A DNA stretch of 63,040 nucleotides, filler included, from Reticulomyxa filosa (Eukaryota; Protista; Foraminifera): assembly GCA_000512085.1 (NCBI GenBank). It is 18 parts of 18 records of this genome, joined end to end, with 100 filler letters (N's around TTAATTAATTAA, not from the genome) between each part and the next. Parts side by side here need not be neighbours in the genome. Positions count along the whole stretch, not along the records: positions 1 to 1,959 come from ASPP01029049.1; positions 2,060 to 3,646 come from ASPP01010839.1; positions 3,747 to 5,259 come from ASPP01010282.1; positions 5,360 to 7,964 come from ASPP01001961.1; positions 8,065 to 10,997 come from ASPP01011398.1; 13 more parts are not named here. One strand, written 5' to 3'. Positions within the stretch are counted from its first letter, which is position 1. Each line of letters starts with the position of its first letter. A model generated the notes under the pieces. That model made no database searches. It had not been told where the DNA came from and saw only the letters and a list, made by a program, of their open reading frames with translations. The position numbers and the translations under genes are program-made. Shown here in pieces: positions 1-10,752 of this stretch.

Positions 1-10
1 AAAAATCCAA

Positions 11-1155
11 ATGGAAGAAAATAAACAAAATGAGAGCTTCAAAATGTTTGGTTTGGATCGCGAGCGTTGACAAAAAAGTGTTGGTAACCCTAACAGTAGT
101 GCAAAAGAAGGCAGTGCCAGCACTGGAGAAAAAGGAAATATTGCTGATAGCAAAAACGGGTTCTGTAAAGACCTTGGCATTTGTATTACCAATGATTGAG
201 AACGCATTGCGAAGTCTGGAAATAGAGCAAAACAACAGTGGGAAGCCAAGTTATGAGAATGGAGTAGTGAAGCGAAGCAGAATAAAATCGATAATATTAG
301 TACCAACGCGAGAGTTGGTGAATCAAGGGCTGAAGTTGTGAATGACATGATATTTTTTTGCAACCACATATTGTCATGTTATTCTTTGATCGGAATCGAT
401 AACAAATGCTTGGATATGGAAAAGCCTCGATTACTGGAGCAGCCACAAATCATTGTATGCACCACTGCAAGGTGATTTTTTTTATTTTTAGACACAGACA
501 TCAATGTGTACAAAATCAACAAACAAAATACCTTAAGCAAATACAAAACAACAGCAATAACAAACAGATTGGTCAGCCATTTGAAAGCAGGGAATCTGAG
601 TTTGACAGGCATTGAAATAGTTGCAATTGACGAAGCCGATCTGGTAATGGCTCATGACTTTGAATTGGACATTCGTGAAATCACTTTGAACATGTCTTCG
701 TCCCGAAAACATCAAATATTCGTTTGCAGCACCACATTGAATCCTCACACCACTGATCTTCAAAAGCACTTTTTGATGCATCATCCAACTGTTATTCAAA
801 TCGATCAAGTTTCTTTTGCAAAAATAAATAATTAACACACACAAAAAGGGTGGAAAAAGTTATACGTATTATAAACACTTATATCTTTACAAGCAAATGT
901 AATAACTTAAACAACGATCCATAATAGACCGGATTTTATGAAATTTAATTGAGTGATTACTACCTCGAAGTATATGATGCCAATTATCAAAGGCAAAAGT
1001 ATTATGTTTCTTCAAAGTATTGATTTGTGTTATCATTTGAAATTATTTTTGGAAAGGTTTCCAGTCCCTACTGCTGTTTTAAACCCTAATTTACCTTACA
1101 ATTCCATACAATAAGTTCTTGACAAATTTAACCGTTGTTTATTCAAATATGCTGT
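11..1155 (+). pseudogene. DEAD-box RNA helicase DBP9/DDX56-like pseudogene
   Basis: Motifs are spread over several frames: SFKMFGLD, VQKKAVP, AKTGSVKT (Walker A with G>V), ILVPTRELVNQ, IDEADLV, and KGKSIMFLQSIDLCYHLKLFLERFPVPTAVLNPNLPYNS, which resembles DDX56/Dbp9 domain 2. Frameshifts and in-frame stops are present. Confidence 0.8.
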
Positions 1156-1210
1156 AAGCTATTTTGTATTTTGTTATTGTAATTCAATGAAAAAAATAAG
1201 TAAAATAATA

Positions 1211-1959
1211 CAGTTGCGACAAAAAAAAATTAGCCAACCCTAAAATATAAACTTGTGTTTCTAACGAAAATTTTAGTAAGAAATTGTGATTATTTTTTTT
1301 GGTTTACTGGATATACTTTTACACTTTTATAAGTAGTTTGTAAAAACAATAAACAAAAATTTAGAATAGTTTTTGGAAGAAAAAAATTTTCAAAAATTGT
1401 AAGTTAGTAGTTTTCTTGTTGGACTTGCTTTAGTTGCGGTCACAATTTTCCATCTAAACTTTTTTTTTTCAACATTCCAAAAGTTGGTTGTTTTTATTGT
1501 TATTCTTTGGCTTCTAATCATGACTCACAAGCTGTCTGGAATACAACAAGCAATTTTATTTGAAAGAATACTTATGTGAATATCGTATCGTGATGCTGGC
1601 CAGCAATTTGGAATGAATCGTCAACATTGGAATGATTACACTCAAAAAATGCTCCGGATATCCTAAAACGTGGACTAATAGAGATGCTAGGCTTGCGATA
1701 CACTTAATTTACTCTAGAGATGCACAAACAGCTGTAGATTTACAGCAACTACTCGCACGAACATATAAAAGAGCGTTCTCCTTGAGCAATGTGAAGAACA
1801 TTTTAAAATCAAGCATCTTCTTGTAAATAATTTTGTAAAAGCAAATACATTCTGACACTTACATCAAGGTGATTCAATCATTTTTGAAAATTTTTTTCTT
1901 CCAAAAACTATTCTAAATTTTTGTTTATTGTTTTTACAAACTACTTATAAAAGTGTAAA
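1211..1959 (+). mobile_element. Tc1/mariner-like internally deleted DNA transposon (family A), truncated by the contig end
   Basis: Candidate left end TA|CAGTTGCGACAAAA at 1209-1224. A perfect inverted repeat of about 80 bp lies at 1318-1397 vs 1880-1959. Internal ORF 1632-1826 (SGYPKTWTNRDARLAIHLI...TAVDLQQLL...FSLSNVKNIL) resembles a Tc1/Tc3 N-terminal HTH. Confidence 0.75.
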
Positions 1960-2059
1960 NNNNNNNNNNNNNNNNNNNNNNNNNNNNNNNNNNNNNNNNN
2001 NNNTTAATTAATTAANNNNNNNNNNNNNNNNNNNNNNNNNNNNNNNNNNNNNNNNNNNN
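1960..2059. other. Artificial contig spacer (N44-TTAATTAATTAA-N44), first of 17
   Basis: Identical 100-nt spacers start at 1960, 3647, 5260, 7965, 10998, 13280, 16227, 17901, 19577, 22811, 33536, 45564, 46952, 51576, 56391, 60162 and 61941. The 12-mer puts stops in all six frames. Confidence 0.98.
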
Positions 2060-2092
2060 TCCCCCCCCCCTTTCCCAGTGTTTCTGTTTACT

Positions 2093-2321
2093 TGATCCAA
2101 TAAGTCATCGACATTGTCTTCTGATTCTATCTGCTCGTCTTTTGAATTCACTTTCTGTTCATTTGCTATGTTCATTTTTGTTTGTTTGACTAACTTATTG
2201 GTAACACCTACACGGACAAACAATTTATTTGTGGAATACCAAGTAAAGGCTTTGTGTCAGTATTTCGATTTGGTCTTTGCAATGTAACATTCTCAGGTTG
2301 AGAGTTGCAACAATTACCCAT
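2093..2321 (-). CDS. N-terminus of a putative dually acylated (MGNCC) protein, 3' partial
   Basis: ATG at 2321 gives MGNCCNSQPENVTLQRPNRNTDTKPLL. A 32-nt GT-AG intron (2239-2208) restores the frame into GVTNKLVKQTK...DDLLDQ. Confidence 0.65.
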
Positions 2322-2786
2322 TGGCAAATAATTGTGAGTCAGCAAAAATGTGAGAATTTTACTAAATTATAATAACGACGCGTTTTTTCTCGTTTAAAAA
2401 CCTGTTTCAGCTTAAAAATACAATTTTCTTTTAGCGATTTATTTCACTTGGGAGACGAGCAAAAAAGTGTTTTGGACATCTAATTGTGCAGTGTAGTAGA
2501 AAGCAGTTTAAAAGTTTTTTTTGGCTTGTAAAGACAGTGGGTGGCAGAAAAACTCAGCGATAAATAATTCGCAATATCAAAGCATTTCAGCTCTATTGTT
2601 GGATGAGCAAAAGCGTAGGTGAACTGGAAACTAACCAGCAGGTAACTAAACCAAGCATTGACGTTTTGCGACTCTGACCGTCTCAAAAGTAGAGGGAGAA
2701 GAATATATTGGGAAGGGATGCAGTGGTCAGCTTCTTCTGTGCAAACAAATTTTATTGTTATCAATGCAAACACAAAAAAAAAAAAA

Positions 2787-3600
2787 AAAACAAAATTTGG
2801 ATTGAAACCATGGAAGGACGTTTTGGAAGAGAGTTCCACGACGGTGGCTCATGCCAGTGTGACCAATCACATGACAACTCCAAATAGGCGAACATTTGAA
2901 AGAGTTGGGTATTTACATCTTTTTTTTTTTTTTTTTTTTCTCGGTGACCAAATCAACAAAACATCTGTATACGTTGGGGAAAAAAAAAAAGACCTCAGAC
3001 TTGAACAGCTTGATATCGGAGACAGAGACATCATTTGGGCAGCTTACAGTCAACACGGACGAGCCTCACAAATCCAAGAGTGACACTGACTTCACTGTCA
3101 CGACAGATACATTTGAATCAGAAAAAAGAGTAGTTCTTGATGTTTATTGTTTGATACATTATCTGTGTTTGTAACAATATACACACATATAATAATTAAA
3201 AAAATAGATTGATATTCGCCATGCTGTGCAAGTTATTTATATATACAATATATATATATATATATAAATATACATATATATATGTATATATGTAAAATTT
3301 GGTTGAACTTTGTCGGGGTTAACTTGTTCCAGATGAAAAATTTGAAAGTCTTGTACGATATTGTAATGGAGGAAATCAGAGATGACAACGATGTGGAGTA
3401 CTTACAAGACATTTTTAATGAGTGTGAGAAAAATGGATGGAGAGAGGAAGACTACACTGAATTGATTGTTCGATTCAAACCGAATCCGGAACGTGACACC
3501 ATTAGACGTATCATTGCCCGCCGTGACTACCAACCACTTTTTGCGCTTGTCGATACTGCTTTCGATACTTGCGGTGCAAAATGGATTACAATGCCTCAAG
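2787..3600 (+). CDS. Hypothetical multi-exon protein, partial
   Basis: Coding-like exons (WKDVLEESS..., TSDLNSLISETE..., MKNLKVLYDIVMEEIRDD...WITMPQ) are separated by GT-AG introns containing T/A or (TA)n runs. Confidence 0.55.
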
Positions 3601-3746
3601 TTCTTTGTTTCAGTTTTTATAACTCGTTTTCACAAAAACAACTTTTNNNNNNNNNNNNNNNNNNNNNNNNNNNNNNNNNNNNNNNNNNNNTTAATTAATT
3701 AANNNNNNNNNNNNNNNNNNNNNNNNNNNNNNNNNNNNNNNNNNNN

Positions 3747-3784
<38 letters not shown>

Positions 3785-3794
3785 GAAAAATTAG

Positions 3795-5239
3795 TGGCGG
3801 GTTTTTCTGAGACAGCACAATATAAATCATCAACGATTCGAAAACAATCGTTTGCGTATTTGAAAATTGTGTTGGAGCGATATGTGGAGGGCAGAAGGTT
3901 GTCCATTCGTGTGAAAAATAACAATAACAACAATGACAACGACAATGACAATGATGGCAACAATGTGGCCAATGGCGATCACAGCAAAAACAACAGCAAT
4001 GGCAATAACGTATTGCAAAGTGAAGCAAATAGCAGACCTACTTTGGAAGATAAGAAAAGTGATAAGAGTGTAAAATCAGTACAAAACGAAGTGGAGGAAG
4101 GAGAGGAAGAAAAGAGTGGCCTTAATTTTGTTAATAACACAAACAAAGAGACTTTGGACTTGATCATCGACACCGTCAAAATCGGTTTGAAAGACAATGA
4201 AAAAATGGTCCGGACAGAAGCCATGGAATGTGTGCATTTATTCACCAAATTCGACAAACATCGCTCCGATATGCTCATTACCAGTATTCCTCCACAATTT
4301 CGAAAAACGTATTTCCAAAAATATGGAATCGCCACTCCTGCTTCTTCAACTGCGGGTTAGATATTATCATACTTTCATTTTCTTGTTTATTATTATTATT
4401 ATTATTATTATTATTGTTATTGTTAGAAAGAGAAATAACATACACAACACCAATATTAATGCAAAAAACACAGAGGTGAAAAGAAGTCAACGCAGTAGCA
4501 TGGACAAACAAGTGCAAGTAGCAACGCCCGAACTGACGAACAAAAACAGTCGATCGGCGAGCACAAACGCGAAAGACAAAATCGAAACGAAAACAAAAGA
4601 TACAACAAAACTCAAAGCCAAAGACAAATCGGGGAAGAAAAAGACACCAAAGAAATTGTCGTCTCGACGAAACAGAGACAAAGATAAAGATAATGAAAAG
4701 GATAAAGATAAAGATAAAGATGAAGAAAATGATAAAGAAAAAGACAAAGATGCGGATAAAGACAAGGGGAGCAAAACCAAAGACAAAAGAAAAGCAGGCA
4801 AAACCCCAACATCCGACAAAGCAAAGAAGAAAACAGAGCGAAGCAGCAGTGAGATTGTTTCAAAGCGCGTTGATCCCAAGACTCCAAATAAATCTACTAC
4901 TACTCGAGGTATTTGGTTTGTTTCTTTTTAAATCCAATTTGGACCCAATTCAATTCATTTGACTTGTTTTGTTTGATGGACAATCAAAGACCAACTCAAA
5001 AGAAGGAGTGAGATCGTGAAATCGTCCAATACCGCGACAAATGAAAGCGCGGCAAAAGCACAAAGCAAAGGTAAACTAAAGCGCAGTTCAGTTGATCAAA
5101 GTGTTCGAAGCACTAGCAAAAGGGCCAGCGAGACCAGTGCAGCAAACCAGAGCCGATCTGTTGCTTCTGGCAACAGTAGCAACTCCTCCATTCAAGAAAG
5201 CAAATCTTCTCAAGGATTTTTATCCAAGGCCTTGCAAAT
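3795..5239 (+). CDS. CLASP/TOG-like HEAT-repeat protein with basic S/K-rich tail, partial
   Basis: Contains KSSTIRKQSFAYLKIVLE and LDLIIDTVKIGLKDNEKMVRTEAMECVHLF...DMLITSIPPQFRK, a pattern matching the last HEAT repeats of CLASP_N. K/D/S-rich low-complexity exons follow. Confidence 0.6.
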
Positions 5240-5419
5240 GTAATTTTTTTTTTTTTTTTNNNNNNNNNNNNNNNNNNNNNNNNNNNNNNNNNNNNNNNNN
5301 NNNTTAATTAATTAANNNNNNNNNNNNNNNNNNNNNNNNNNNNNNNNNNNNNNNNNNNNATTTTTTCCTTTAAACAAATCCAACATAATACAGACTTGAC
5401 ATTCTCTTTCTTTTTATTC

Positions 5420-6690
5420 ATTATCCTCCTCTTCATATTCTTTCTTGCCAGCGTCTTGGAATTTCGGCATAACTAAATTAAATCATTCTTACATTGGATG
5501 ATTCTCCCGATATGGTGGTTGCTCGATCGCAATGCCGAGTATTTTCTAACAGCGTTCACTTTCTTTTCTTTCATTGTTTTCCAATTCTTGTTTTCTTGAT
5601 TGCTGCCCAACACGTCGTTCGTAGCGCATAATTGATCCTGAAGGCAGTTCGACAAAGATAATGGATATTTTTTCAACAAACACAAGGTACACAACTCTTG
5701 CAGCGATGGATTCGGAAATGTGACTAGCTCTCTCTCTTTCTTCACCATAAATAATGTTCAATGTTTCGCGAGCTCAAGGTTTCTCCAATCAGTATACGCA
5801 CTATCCAAAATCCAAGTTGCGAATGCGCGTATATACACAACCAGTTTTGGCGCGAGTGCTCATAGTCTCTGCGTTAAAAATTAGCGCAAATTCCATAACG
5901 GTCGAGTGTTCCTTGTTCATTGGATCCGATAAATCGAAGCTAGACACATTCTTTGGTGCTTTGCAGCGCCAACAATTATCCGCAAAAACTTTTGTGCACC
6001 TGTGTTGATGGCAAATGTTTTTTACAATGCTTTGGGCTACCACTGCTTGAGATCGCTGCGCTCGTTTAGAATTTTTCTTTGTGGCACGATATGAACAGTT
6101 GGTCCACGCCCGCGAGCGGCGATTTTGCGTGTTCCTGGTCCTGAAGGATAACTCTATATCCAAGTTCTACAAAGTCTGCGGTCTGGTTATTTTTTAAAAA
6201 AACAAATTCAAAGCGATATATCTTGGAATTTTCTTCACATAATCCTATCTATCTTCTTGTCTTAACACGAGTTTCGCGCAACTCATCCACCGAATTGGAC
6301 ACTTTCATGTGGAACGATTCTACCGATTTAGCCGTTTGCTTGATTTCCACGTGAATTGTTTTTTTGACAACGCCGCTCTCTTTTTTTACTCAGCTTCCAC
6401 TTTTTCATAAGCCAATCTTCTTGTTTGCCAACTTTATACGGAGTTTCGCACAACTCCTCCACCAAGTTAAACTAATCTTACATTGAACATTCTCCCAATG
6501 TAGTTGTTTTCTCGATATCCTTGAGTAATTATTTCTTGACAATTTCCACTATCTTGTCCACTGATTTCAAGTTCTTCTATGCAGTCATTGCAACGCCATT
6601 TTTTCTACTTTGCGCGTATCACTATCACTTTTTTTCTTCTTGGTGAGCTTGCTTTGGTCTGTCTCACAAAAATCAAACTTTCCGCGATTC
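5420..6690 (-). pseudogene. Decayed coding sequence of unknown family with an internal degenerate duplication
   Basis: GC content is higher than the flanks. The same-frame ORFs 5801-6163 and 5546-5761 are broken by stops. Related blocks start at about 6268 and about 6439. Confidence 0.45.
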
Positions 6691-7189
6691 ATTTGGGAAA
6701 ATTTGTCAAACTATTCAACGACTTGAAAAAAATTATATTGTGATAAGATATAACTTTGCGCCTGCTTTCCAGTACTCCAACTATTTGATTATTGAATACC
6801 ATTCTTTTTTTTCTCATTGTTGGGCATATTCGCTGCGAACGATTCCTCATATTAGCTCCAAAATCCAAAGTCGTGAATTTGCGCACGCACACGATTATTG
6901 CGCTTTTTCTTTTTCTTATTCTTCATTCTACTTTTTCATTACTCCATTTTTTCCTTTATTTTTCTTCTTTTTCTCTTTTTTTTTCCATTTTTTTCAAATT
7001 GCAGTTTTTTTTAATTTTTAATTTTCCAACATTCTTTTTTATTTTTGGATTCTTTTTTATTTTTTCAATTTCTTAAATAAATTTTTAAATTTATTTTTCC
7101 CCTTCTTCAATCACTTTTTTCTCTTAATTTTTTTTCCAATTTATTTTTTTTACTTTATTTTTTCCCCACCTTTTTCAAATAATTTTTTT

Positions 7190-7345
7190 CAATCCCTTTC
7201 ACAATCTTTTTTTTCTCACATTTTCATAATCTTTTTTTCCCACAATTTTCACAATATATTTTTTTCCCCATTTTCACAATCTATTTTTTCCCCCTTTTCA
7301 AATCTATTTTTTTCCCTCCATTTTCCAATCCTTTTTTTCCCATCT
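7190..7345. repeat. Degenerate 25-30 bp minisatellite (ttttcacaatc..tttttttcccca) in a T-rich tract
   Basis: About five visible imperfect units. Confidence 0.55.
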
Positions 7346-8064
7346 GCTCCCTATCACTAACATCTCAAGTATAAATAAAAATAAAAACAAAAATAAAAAA
7401 ACTTCCAATTTTGTTCTGACTTTGACTCCTATAAACATACCACAAAGTAAATTTTTTTCATTTTTTAAGAAAAAATAAAATAACATACTTTTTGCATATG
7501 AGCTAAAAGCTCTAATTTCAAAATATCTATTAATTTTTTTCTTTTGTACAGTGGGGGGGGGAGGGGGATAGAACAAATATATTTTTTTTGACGGGGGCAT
7601 GCCTATTCACAAAAACACAAAATTCCTTGATTAAAAATAAAAAATAAAACAAAAAAATACAAACTCTTTTTTTTATTTTGGAATGTGGGTTTTGCTTCAA
7701 CCCCAAGTTTTTATTTGAAGTGAGTGGGACGTATAATTTTTTATCATTTTTTGATGGAGGGTTGAGGCTGTAATTGAAAACACACACAAAATCATTATGT
7801 AAAAAAAAAAAAATAAAAAAAGAATAGATATAACAAACCTTATTTTCTCCTTGTGGAGACGGGGGGCCTTACCCCATTTCTTTTTTCTTTTGTTGAAAGA
7901 TGCACAGCATCCGAATATAAAACTCATTTTTTTTTGCGAAGTTGGCTGCTGTTGAACAACAAACNNNNNNNNNNNNNNNNNNNNNNNNNNNNNNNNNNNN
8001 NNNNNNNNTTAATTAATTAANNNNNNNNNNNNNNNNNNNNNNNNNNNNNNNNNNNNNNNNNNNN

Positions 8065-8104
<40 letters not shown>

Positions 8105-8189
8105 AAGACGCCCCCTTATATTATTATATTTATATATGTATATAAATATAAATAAATACATACATATATGTATATATGTATATGCTACC

Positions 8190-8561
8190 TCATAATGAAT
8201 CCAAAAATTGGACCTTTGGGGGGCTTGCAAAAGCAACATAAAAAAAAACACTGAGGGACAAAAAAGTGGCGTGCAAAGGCAATAGCAGTTGACTTTGATG
8301 ATACCCTCTTTGCAAGGAATCTTTGGTAATGCTACAATGATTGCTCCACTCAATGCTGTCGATTAACCCTTTCTCAAACTCAAAGTTCGGTTTGTGTATT
8401 AGCATATCCAATACAATCGATACCACCACAAATACTCCCATTTCAAACGAAAATAAAATACACATTAATATGTTTATATTGCGAGGAGACACGCACGCTT
8501 CTCCACAACTGCTGAAAATTTGTGTCATTACTATTTCATAGTCTTGTCTCATTTCACTCAT
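8190..8561 (-). CDS. Possible membrane-protein exon(s)
   Basis: ORF with the hydrophobic stretch ILMCILFSFEMGVFVVVSIVLDML, followed by a (TA)-rich intron-like tract. The reading frame is uncertain. Confidence 0.3.
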   Translation of the reverse strand: MSEMRQDYEIVMTQIFSSCGEACVSPRNINILMCILFSFEMGVFVVVSIVLDMLIHKPNFEFEKGLIDSIEWSNHCSITKDSLQRGYHQSQLLLPLHATFLSLSVFFYVAFASPPKVQFLDSL

Positions 8562-9115
8562 CCAATTCTCTATTTTTTTTTTTTTTTAGTTTTGTTTTGT
8601 TTTGTTCTTGTTACATTTGGCTCTGTTTGCTTTTCATTCCTCGATCATCTTGTCAAAGTCCATCCCAAACAACGTAACAATACAGAACACATTACCACCG
8701 TGTGGGTGAGTATCTACTTCAACTTATGTCATCCAAATCAGGAAGACTTGAACCGCAAGAATCACAGCAAGAACAAGAGCACATCTTGTTTTCTATCAAA
8801 TTTGTTTTTTTTTTGACTTCCCAAAAAATTATTTAGGAGTTTGTAATTTTTTCAATATTTTTTTTCCCCTGATTCCCCCTTTCTGACCCCTTCGTCACTC
8901 CTCTCAAGGCAATTCAAATAGATACTTTTAAACAAACTTAAAACTGAATAGCAATTTTCATGTTTGGCAGAGAATTTTTTTTTGTTTTTTGTAGAACGCT
9001 TTTAAGAAAATTGCGCCTCCATGTAGAGAACATATAAAAAGATTAGTTTTCCTTGTTAGAATTATCATCTTCATCAAACTTAAAAAAAAAAAAAAGAAGC
9101 TTCAAACAAAGTTAT

Positions 9116-9988
9116 TCATAATTTAGGCAGAAAAGTATCTTTAAAAGTTCCATTTTCAAAAAGTGGCAAATTGAAACATGCAACAACACCGCGAGCACAT
9201 TTGGCGCCATGAAAAAGGGGTTTTTTTTTGGACTTTTGAGTGTGGGATTGTGCAAGACTGTTGTTATTGCTGGGGGCAACAAAAGGGTCAAGATTGACAT
9301 TGCGAATATGAACTTCATGTCCAGTGCCTCGAGGCTCAAACCAAACCATAAAGGAGTGCATAACATAAAGTTGATGTTTCTCAATAGGTTTGGAAAAGTG
9401 CATTTCACTCTTGCCCGGATAAAGTTTGATGGTTTTTTTTTTATTTTTTTTCACCTCTTGCACAAACTTGTCCACTTGGATTGCACTTGACTTTATTTTT
9501 TTTTTGCTGTTCTTTGTGTTGTTCGTTTCATCAAGCAAATATGTGTAATACCAATACGTCGCTGTTCTTACCAAATGACACATGAGTGAGTTTGTCAGTC
9601 CATAATCGATTACTTTCCCATTATCTGTGCCTTTTTCGCTTATATCAAACACACACTGCCCTTCACACAACACTTTATTGTCCACAGTGTCGTCCGGAGA
9701 ACGTAGATATATATCCAATACTCGCAAGTATTCCTCCGTATTGGATCGAATATGATCCACAAAACCAGGGGGTTCCGAAATTTCCAAACTTGCCAACATT
9801 TTTTCTTTCAGTTCTGGGGTTACCAGGATCCATCCTTGTTCTATCAGATATTTTTTTATCAAATTCGCTCCGGATGGGAGAGAGGATTTACTATCTGCCA
9901 TGTATTTCCAAAAAGTTTTTTTTGCACGACAAAGGAGGAACACACAACTTGCGTACCTTTCAGTTAAATATCGATAATATGCCTTCAA
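9116..9988 (-). CDS. Hypothetical protein, possibly a divergent hotdog-fold/thioesterase-like protein
   Basis: A 290-codon open frame in AT-rich DNA with globular composition. The start is uncertain. Confidence 0.65.
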   Translation of the reverse strand: MKAYYRYLTERYASCVFLLCRAKKTFWKYMADSKSSLPSGANLIKKYLIEQGWILVTPELKEKMLASLEISEPPGFVDHIRSNTEEYLRVLDIYLRSPDDTVDNKVLCEGQCVFDISEKGTDNGKVIDYGLTNSLMCHLVRTATYWYYTYLLDETNNTKNSKKKIKSSAIQVDKFVQEVKKNKKKTIKLYPGKSEMHFSKPIEKHQLYVMHSFMVWFEPRGTGHEVHIRNVNLDPFVAPSNNNSLAQSHTQKSKKKPLFHGAKCARGVVACFNLPLFENGTFKDTFLPKL

Positions 9989-10278
9989 AAGTAATTGTCT
10001 TTATCAGTTTTGCGAGTAAAAGCACATAATTTCCATCGGTTTCATTCTAGTAGTCTATTTAAAGCGGAAGCCTTTTTATATGTTGATTTGTTAAAAACTT
10101 ACTGAGCTTAACAAGTGAAAATCAGCACAGCGAACACAATTGCTATTTTGAAAACAAGTTTAAAAAAAGTCCTTCAACTTGTTCCTCTCCCCCTTACCTT
10201 TTTTGTTCGGCAGTTCTCCCATCTAAACTTTTGATAAGTATTGGGATAAAGAATCCATAACACTTTTTGTGTATTGAA

Positions 10279-10752
10279 ATGTCTGGTTTTTCACTATGGC
10301 AAGTGTTCTTGTCATTTTTGTCTTTGACTTACGTTGCCCAAGGTACAGGTTTTTGTTGAAAGTAGAAAACTGCGTGTCCCACGGTTGTTTTTGAATCATA
10401 ACCAATATACACGAATAACAAAAAAGGAACACTGACATCAAACTATTACATGTATCGACGATTCTGGCCAGTGTTTGAAACCAATTGGGATCTTTGCACG
10501 GATTATGTGGACGTGTGGATAACATATCATACAAACGAGACGATGGACATCACATTCGATGCCCCATCAGACCGATATTTTGGTCTTGGTTTTCCTTCTC
10601 GCGATAAATACGTAATTCCTAACAGTGGCGAAACATATGATTCCGACTTGTGGCATCTACATCTGATGGAATCGTACGCCATTGTTGTCTACAACAACAC
10701 TGACCATCCTGCCATCGAAGAGTGGAATGTCAAGAACGCATCAGACATATCA
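10279..10752 (+). CDS. Secreted protein with DOMON-like region, 3' partial
   Basis: A signal-peptide exon MSGFSLWQVFLSFLSLTYVAQG is spliced (GTACAG...AAAAAG) to TLTSNYYMYRR...DITFDAPSDRYFGLGF...MESYAIVV...IEEWNV. Confidence 0.6.

Noticed and set aside
5420-6690. Possible stop-codon reassignment suggested by in-frame stops here and in other tracts
   Set aside because: All three stop types occur together with frameshifts, while conserved genes (DCAF12, CorA, MetH) have long stop-free exons under the standard code.
6740-7960. F/L/K-rich ORFs
   Set aside because: They are by-products of T- and A-rich low-complexity, possibly low-quality, sequence.
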